DNA of 64,000 bases from Candidatus Syntrophopropionicum ammoniitolerans (GTDB lineage Bacteria; Bacillota; Desulfotomaculia; Desulfotomaculales; Pelotomaculaceae). The stretch covers positions 24,381 through 88,380 of the forward strand of contig JABMJD010000005.1 in assembly GCA_013201395.1 (NCBI GenBank). Direction: 5' to 3'. The notes under the pieces are model-generated. The model was given only the letters and a program-made list of their open reading frames with translations. It had not been told where the DNA came from and ran no database searches. Made by a program: the position numbers and the translations under genes. How positions within the stretch are numbered: the first letter of the stretch is position 1; every line of letters begins with the position of its first letter. Of the stretch, positions 58,387 through 64,000 are shown piece by piece.

Positions 58387-60930
58387 TTAAAAGACAGGAG
58401 CCCAGGTAACCAGGGGTAGCTCTGCCAGAGGGAAATCTCTACTGTCCGGCCTTATGCGCAACGTATAGCCGTAGGAACCTTGCGGCAGGGTAAGACTGCC
58501 TTGATAACGATAGACATTATCACTTATTTCCCCCTCCAAAGCCATCGGCACAATTACTATATTTTTCAGCTCTCCTTCCACTGCTTCACCGTATACAATT
58601 TCCACGACAACGCTCCTGGTATAGATAAGACCCAGGTTAACCACAGCAGATATTTTGATTTCCTCATCTACATGCATTTTTGTTTCACCGGTTGATTCCA
58701 CTGAAACAAAAGAGACTTGATCCCAGTAATCAATTATCAGTTTTTTAAAGTTGCTGGTGTGATTAGCTAGATAATTTTCATTTGCCGCAAATCTTTTTCC
58801 TCTATCGATTGCCGGTATATAAAAGAGATCAGTGTATTCTGCAACCATCCGTCCGGTATTAAAAACAGGAGCAATAGTTTTTATTGTTTTCTTCATCATG
58901 CGTACCCATTCCGGTGAATATCCATTTTCTTTGCGATAGTACATAGGAATAACCTTTTCCTCCAGTAAACTGTAGAGGGAATAGCAATCATCCCGGTCCT
59001 GGGTGTCTTCACTTAAATAAGCTTGTTCAGTACCAATGACAAAACCATTGCTTCCATGATATGCTTCAGGCCACCAACCATCCAAGGTACTAACATTGAT
59101 TAACCCATTCAGTGACGCCTTCATCCCACTGGTGCCACTAGCCTCCATCGGGCGACGTGGAGTATTGAGCCATACATCCACCCCCTGTACCAAATGTCGG
59201 GCAAGGTGAATATCATAGTTTTCCAGCAATACAAGCTTACCCCTAAACCCAGGTTTTTGTGAAAATTCATATATTTTCTTTATTAATTCCTGCCCCTGTT
59301 TATCGGCTGGATGGGCCTTGCCGGAGAACACAAACCGCACCGGCCGCTCATTATTATTAAGCAAACGTTCCAACCTTTCTGGGGTGCGAAAAAGAAGGGT
59401 TGCCCTTTTGTATGTGGCAAAACGCCGAGCAAAACCAATAGTCAGGATATCGGGGTCAAGATAGCTGTCTACCTCTGATATGTTTTTTACTGGTTCACGG
59501 TTACGCCTGCGCTGCTGCTTAAGGTTAACCCGCGCCAAAAAAATCATCTTTTCTTTGAGCAGTCGGTGCACCCGCCAAAGTTCCCGATCAGGTATTAGGT
59601 CGATCTTATCCCATACTTCCTGTTCCTTAAGCTGTTCAAACCACATTTTACCAAGATAACGGGCAAAGAGGTCCTTGATTTCCTGAGCTAGCCAGGTCCC
59701 AACGTGAACGCCATTGGTTATCGAGGCAATCGGTATTTCATCGGGGTGCAAACTACTGTATTCGGATAAAAACATATCCCTTGTCACTTCCCCATGTAGG
59801 CGACTTACACCATTAGCAAAATAAGCATGGCGAAGCGCCAATAGGGTCATGTTGAAACCGTCTCGTTCCATGTCCCAGGCTAAATTCTTAAGTGTTTTAA
59901 GCTCGATACCCATCTCATTAATCATATGTGCAAGGTGTTTTGCAATTAATTCTTCTGTAAAAAGATCATGACCGGCAGGAACAGGAGTATGGGTAGTAAA
60001 AATGGTGGAGGCTCGCACAACCTCCCTGGCGGTATCAAAGGAAACCATGGAACCCATTAGTTCCCTGATTCGTTCAACAATTAAAAATGCAGCATGCCCT
60101 TCATTAATGTGCCAGACGCCAGGGTCAATCCCCATTGCCCGCAGCGCTCGCACCCCCCCAATTCCCAGGACAATTTCCTGAGAAAGGCGATACTCCCGGT
60201 CCCCACCATATAGTTGCCCCGTCAGATTGCGGTCCTGTGACAGGTTTTTAGAGGTGTCGGTATCAAGGAGATAAACTGTAACCCTGCCTACCCTCATTTT
60301 CCAGACCTGGATAAACACCGTCCTTCCCTGCAATTCTACTGTTACATTAAGCTGGCTGCCGTCCGGGTTGTTAACAGGTGCTATTGGTAGTTCATAGAAA
60401 TTAAGATGTGGGTATTCAGCTTCCTGCATTCCCTCACTGTTTATTCTTTGATGAAAATATCCTTGCTTGTACAGTAGGCCAACACCTACAAATGGCAAAC
60501 CCAAGTCGCTAGCCGACTTGCAGTGATCCCCTGCTAAAAGGCCGAGCCCGCCGGAATAAATAGGATGTGATTCATGCAAGCCGAACTCTGCGGAAAAATA
60601 GGCGATGATATCACCACTATAGTCGGGGTATTTCTCTGTAAACCAGGTCTCCCTGTTCATGTAACGTTCATATAGATCCATCACTCTTCTGTACAAGACA
60701 AGATAGCCATCTTCATCTTGTGCAGCCCGATCCAAATCTTCCTTTTGGACACACATAAGGAACTTGACAGGATTATGCCCAACCTCCCGCCAGAGTTCTT
60801 CATTAATAGATCTGAAAAATTCTATGCCGGCTGGATTCCAGCTGAACCAGAAATCATAAGCAATCTCCCTAAGCCGGTCGATGGCTTCAGGTAAACAAGG
60901 TGTTACAGATACAATGCGATAAGGAAACAT
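58387..60930 (-). CDS. glgP: Alpha-glucan (glycogen) phosphorylase
   Basis: YFSAEFG, YSGGLGLLAGDH, HINEGH, FTTHTPVPAGHD, ARRFATYKR and EASGTSGMK. Confidence 0.96.
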   Translation of the reverse strand: MFPYRIVSVTPCLPEAIDRLREIAYDFWFSWNPAGIEFFRSINEELWREVGHNPVKFLMCVQKEDLDRAAQDEDGYLVLYRRVMDLYERYMNRETWFTEKYPDYSGDIIAYFSAEFGLHESHPIYSGGLGLLAGDHCKSASDLGLPFVGVGLLYKQGYFHQRINSEGMQEAEYPHLNFYELPIAPVNNPDGSQLNVTVELQGRTVFIQVWKMRVGRVTVYLLDTDTSKNLSQDRNLTGQLYGGDREYRLSQEIVLGIGGVRALRAMGIDPGVWHINEGHAAFLIVERIRELMGSMVSFDTAREVVRASTIFTTHTPVPAGHDLFTEELIAKHLAHMINEMGIELKTLKNLAWDMERDGFNMTLLALRHAYFANGVSRLHGEVTRDMFLSEYSSLHPDEIPIASITNGVHVGTWLAQEIKDLFARYLGKMWFEQLKEQEVWDKIDLIPDRELWRVHRLLKEKMIFLARVNLKQQRRRNREPVKNISEVDSYLDPDILTIGFARRFATYKRATLLFRTPERLERLLNNNERPVRFVFSGKAHPADKQGQELIKKIYEFSQKPGFRGKLVLLENYDIHLARHLVQGVDVWLNTPRRPMEASGTSGMKASLNGLINVSTLDGWWPEAYHGSNGFVIGTEQAYLSEDTQDRDDCYSLYSLLEEKVIPMYYRKENGYSPEWVRMMKKTIKTIAPVFNTGRMVAEYTDLFYIPAIDRGKRFAANENYLANHTSNFKKLIIDYWDQVSFVSVESTGETKMHVDEEIKISAVVNLGLIYTRSVVVEIVYGEAVEGELKNIVIVPMALEGEISDNVYRYQGSLTLPQGSYGYTLRIRPDSRDFPLAELPLVTWAPVF

Positions 60931-61314
60931 ATACTAGCCTCCTGGATTTTTTGGGAAACTTCTATTTCATTGCTATTAAACCCTTTAAAAGATAATAACA
61001 CTCTTTTAAATAATAGCCGGGCTTCACATTAAATGTGCATCATCAATTACATATTTTTAGTGTTAGACGCCCACATATTAGTCTTTACCAGCCCCTTAAC
61101 TTAGCTACAAAGAAGCCGGGTTGGCCTCAAATAGGTGGGAGAAATGAAACTGATCTTAGGCTTGACCGGTAGTGAAATAGCCGATATGATAACAGAAACC
61201 AAAGCCTGTTTCTAATAACAGGGTAATCGTTAATATTGACACCTACCCTTCGTTTGCTGATGAAAACACATCGTAATTATAGGCACAGAGACAACTTTAT
61301 TGTGAGGTGATACC

Positions 61315-62373
61315 ATGAAAAATCTTTATATCACAGGCAACGCCGGGTGTGGCAAAACTGCCATAGCGCTGGGCATTGCCCTTAAACTAAAAGAAGAGGG
61401 TGTCAAAACCACCTACTTTAAGCCGGTTGGCAGTCGCCCCAGGTCAACCCGTGGTAGAGACAACGACGCCTTGCTAATGCAGAAAATCCTCCACATGAAA
61501 GCCAGTGTCAAACATATTGCCCCTTTTACAGCAGGCACATCATACCTGTCTGGGCTAACAAACCCGGAGAAGGCTATGGCCAGCATCAAGGCCGCATTCC
61601 AGGCCATTTCTGCTGAGGCAGACTTGATTATTATCGATGGCGCTACCTTTCCACATGTGGGTGCCGCCTACGGCTTAGATGTACTCACCTTGACTACGCA
61701 GTTCAATGCCTCAATTTTGAATGTTATCGAGGTGGAAAATGATCTGAGTGTAGACGAGGCAATTCTTTTCAACAACTGCTGCAAAGCGTGCGGGCTGGTG
61801 ATATCAGGACATATCTTCAACAATGTCCCCAGACAGCTACTGGCTAAAACAGAAGGTGTTTTCAAACCTATTTTAGAGAGCAGGGGCTGCACTACCCTTG
61901 GCATTATACCAATGAGGCCGGAAATTGCCTCACCCACTGTTGCAGAATATTATGAAGCCCTGGGTGGCGAACTGCTTACCGGCGATGACAAACTAGACAA
62001 ATTGGTAGAAGAGATCGTTGTAGGGGCCATGACAATGGAAAGCGCCCTGAGATATATGCGTCGTTCGGCCAATAAGGCAGTTATAATGGGTGGAGATAGA
62101 GCCGACATGGCTCTCGCCACCCTGGAAACCAGCACCTCAGCCCTGATATTAACGGGTGGACTTTACCCAGATGTAAAGGTAATATCCCGTGCTGCAGAGA
62201 AAGGTGTCCCCATCATTTTGGTCCATTATGATACATATACAACAATTGAAAGGTTAACGGAAATTTCTAGACGGATTAGCCCTGGTGACGCCGCCGGCAT
62301 TAGTATTGCCAAAGAAAATATCGAACATCACTGTGACTGGAAGTCCATCATCGAGTCACTTAATGAAAAATAA
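61315..62373 (+). CDS. Phosphotransacetylase-family N-terminal protein (BioD-like P-loop plus DRTGG, no catalytic PTA domain)
   Basis: GNAGCGKT, YFKPVG, IIIDG, VVGAM, GGDRAD and LILTGG. Confidence 0.85.
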   Translation: MKNLYITGNAGCGKTAIALGIALKLKEEGVKTTYFKPVGSRPRSTRGRDNDALLMQKILHMKASVKHIAPFTAGTSYLSGLTNPEKAMASIKAAFQAISAEADLIIIDGATFPHVGAAYGLDVLTLTTQFNASILNVIEVENDLSVDEAILFNNCCKACGLVISGHIFNNVPRQLLAKTEGVFKPILESRGCTTLGIIPMRPEIASPTVAEYYEALGGELLTGDDKLDKLVEEIVVGAMTMESALRYMRRSANKAVIMGGDRADMALATLETSTSALILTGGLYPDVKVISRAAEKGVPIILVHYDTYTTIERLTEISRRISPGDAAGISIAKENIEHHCDWKSIIESLNEK

Positions 62374-62508
62374 TAATATGATAGCTTTTGGCCTGTCGGG
62401 ATCAGCCGGCAGGTTTTTTACTTTTCACCCTGGATTTGCCATAATTCTTTTATGCAGTAATATTTAAATTTTTGGCTAAACTAAGACAGAACAAAAGATA
62501 GGGGGGAT

Positions 62509-63159
62509 TTGATGTCTGACCAGAGTCCTACCAGCGAATTGTTTGAAAAAGACATCGACTGGTCAGGGATCATCGGGGTAACGGTGCCAGTATCAGAAGT
62601 CCAGGTTTATCAGAGAGCCGAGAATATTGACCTAAAGGTAATGGATGATGGCATTTTAAGGATACAAGCTGCATTAAAACTTTTTGCTATGGTTGCAGCA
62701 AGGCTGGATGAAAAACATATTTTTAACCCCGCCCAGGTTTTCACCAATGTCATTAATGTCAATGCATTCCTCCACCTAAAATCCAGGGTTACACGAGAGG
62801 ATGTATTGTCTATAGACTATGACCTAATCACAAAAAATTATGCTGTTCGTCCCGATAGCATTATTATCAGCGGGACGCTAAGATTGAGGATAAAATATAT
62901 CATGCATCTAGTATTGGAAGGCGTAGTGTTTGATTTTGCCAGCAACAGAGTAATTAATGGCGCTACTGTAAATGTCAAGGATCAAGCAAGCGGTGAAATA
63001 AAGGCATCCACGACAACAGGTAGCGATGGCAGATATTTTTTCAATAACCTTCATCCCGGTATTTATCTAGTGGAAGCTTCTACAGATTCCCATATGCCAC
63101 TGCAGAAAGTTAGTGTGATAAAAACCTGGGACACTGTGAATTTTATTCTTCATCAATAA
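62509..63159 (+). CDS. Hypothetical protein with a C-terminal carboxypeptidase-regulatory-like (CnaB-type) domain
   Basis: LEGVVFD..INGATVNV..TTGSDGRYFFNNLHPGIYLVEAS. The N-terminal part is weakly SPOCS-like. Confidence 0.65.
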   Translation: MMSDQSPTSELFEKDIDWSGIIGVTVPVSEVQVYQRAENIDLKVMDDGILRIQAALKLFAMVAARLDEKHIFNPAQVFTNVINVNAFLHLKSRVTREDVLSIDYDLITKNYAVRPDSIIISGTLRLRIKYIMHLVLEGVVFDFASNRVINGATVNVKDQASGEIKASTTTGSDGRYFFNNLHPGIYLVEASTDSHMPLQKVSVIKTWDTVNFILHQ

Positions 63160-63200
63160 GGACAGGATGTTTTAGCACGAAACCTATTTTATGCTTGCTG

Positions 63201-64000
63201 TTATTTAAATATTTCCCCAACATATTTGATTTCCTCGCCACAATGACCACAGCTCCTACCCGACAGGCCCACGCCTTGGGTAGTGTAACCAACCCTATTG
63301 ATTACCTCATCCCCACATTTAGGGCAAAAGGTATCACTTGCCCCAGGAACCTGGACGTTTCCAATATAAACATAATGCAGTTTTTTAAGCGCGATTTCCC
63401 TGGCCTGCACTAGTTTTTCCACAGGTGTAGCCGGCAGATCCATCTTGTACATGGGGAAATAGCGGGAGAAATGCAGAGGAATGCCAGGATCCAGGGAAGC
63501 AACCCAACTTATCAAATGTTCGATTTCTTCTACTGAGTCATTTAGCCCGGGAATTAGCAGGGTGGTCAGTTCAACATGGCATTCTTGTAGGGCTGTCTCA
63601 ACAGTATGCAAGACAGGCTGCAGACTACCTTTGCAATATTTTTTATAATAATCCTCCGTAAAACCTTTAACATCTATATTCATAGCGTCAATATAGGGAA
63701 GGATTTGCCTCAAGGGGGCCCCATTTACTGAACCATTTGTTACAAGCACATTTTTTAGGTCTGCCTCCCTTGCCAATTTGGCTGTCTCATACACAAACTC
63801 ATACCACATAAAGGGCTCATTATAGGTATAAGCCAGGCCAATATTTGGATAACCCATGTTGGAGTAGTTGGAGGATATTTCCACCAAGTCTGCTGGAGTA
63901 ATATTAGTGGTATCCGGCTCACCCTGGGCTATTTGCCAGTTCTGACAAAACTGACATTGGAGGTTACAGCCAAATGTTCCTGCTGAAAGGATATAAGAGC
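63201..64000 (-). CDS. AmmeMemoRadiSam-system radical SAM enzyme, 3' part (start lies beyond the window)
   Basis: Manual translation gives GTFGCNLQCQFCQNWQI (CxxxCxxC), followed by AYTYNEP, NIDVKGF, LHFSRYFP and YVYIGNV. Confidence 0.9.
   Translation of the reverse strand, partial: SYILSAGTFGCNLQCQFCQNWQIAQGEPDTTNITPADLVEISSNYSNMGYPNIGLAYTYNEPFMWYEFVYETAKLAREADLKNVLVTNGSVNGAPLRQILPYIDAMNIDVKGFTEDYYKKYCKGSLQPVLHTVETALQECHVELTTLLIPGLNDSVEEIEHLISWVASLDPGIPLHFSRYFPMYKMDLPATPVEKLVQAREIALKKLHYVYIGNVQVPGASDTFCPKCGDEVINRVGYTTQGVGLSGRSCGHCGEEIKYVGEIFK

Noticed and set aside
3382-63413. Numerous antisense or overlapping ORFs in the track (e.g. 3382..4005, 3458..4054, 8282..8746, 10719..11171, 42942..43334, 56859..57341)
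   Set aside because: They are shadows of well-supported genes on the other strand or frame, with no motifs or RBS.
1-64000. CRISPR arrays, rRNA/tRNA genes, transposases, integrases, prophage genes
   Set aside because: No spaced direct-repeat array or corresponding coding motifs were seen anywhere in the window.

Overview
Chromosomal window from an anaerobic, low-GC Firmicute. The gene content resembles Desulfotomaculum/Pelotomaculum-like Peptococcaceae, which is an inference. I found no tRNA, rRNA, CRISPR array, transposase or integrase. Main blocks: (1) 2.7-21.7 kb is a catabolic island. It holds a xanthine-oxidase-family Mo enzyme whose large subunit resembles 4-hydroxybenzoyl-CoA reductase HcrA, its maturation genes (xdhC, nifS, yqeB, mocA), a LysR regulator, a DASS transporter, two unrelated CoA-transferases, a PaaK-like CoA ligase and an MBL hydrolase. 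Five of its transcription units carry the same ~65-bp promoter/operator element, which I read directly from the sequence. (2) An orphan ParB, an acyl-CoA ligase, xth, and a translationally coupled amidase/CofE-like ligase/basic amino-acid decarboxylase operon. (3) An hfsABC-type sensory [FeFe]-hydrogenase module. (4) A multi-HTH Ski2/HelY helicase convergent with an HTH-YkyB(Kre)-like gene, followed by a double-GTPase dynamin-like gene and three small helical partner ORFs. (5) A second paaK under a partially duplicated T-box with a probable Phe specifier. (6) A DRG-type GTPase, tandem IscU-like genes and an Orange-protein-like NifX/MinD-4Fe4S/Mrp/DUF134 cluster. (7) CDF, ABC-2, glgP, DRTGG and radical SAM genes. 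All family calls come from motif recognition, not database searches.
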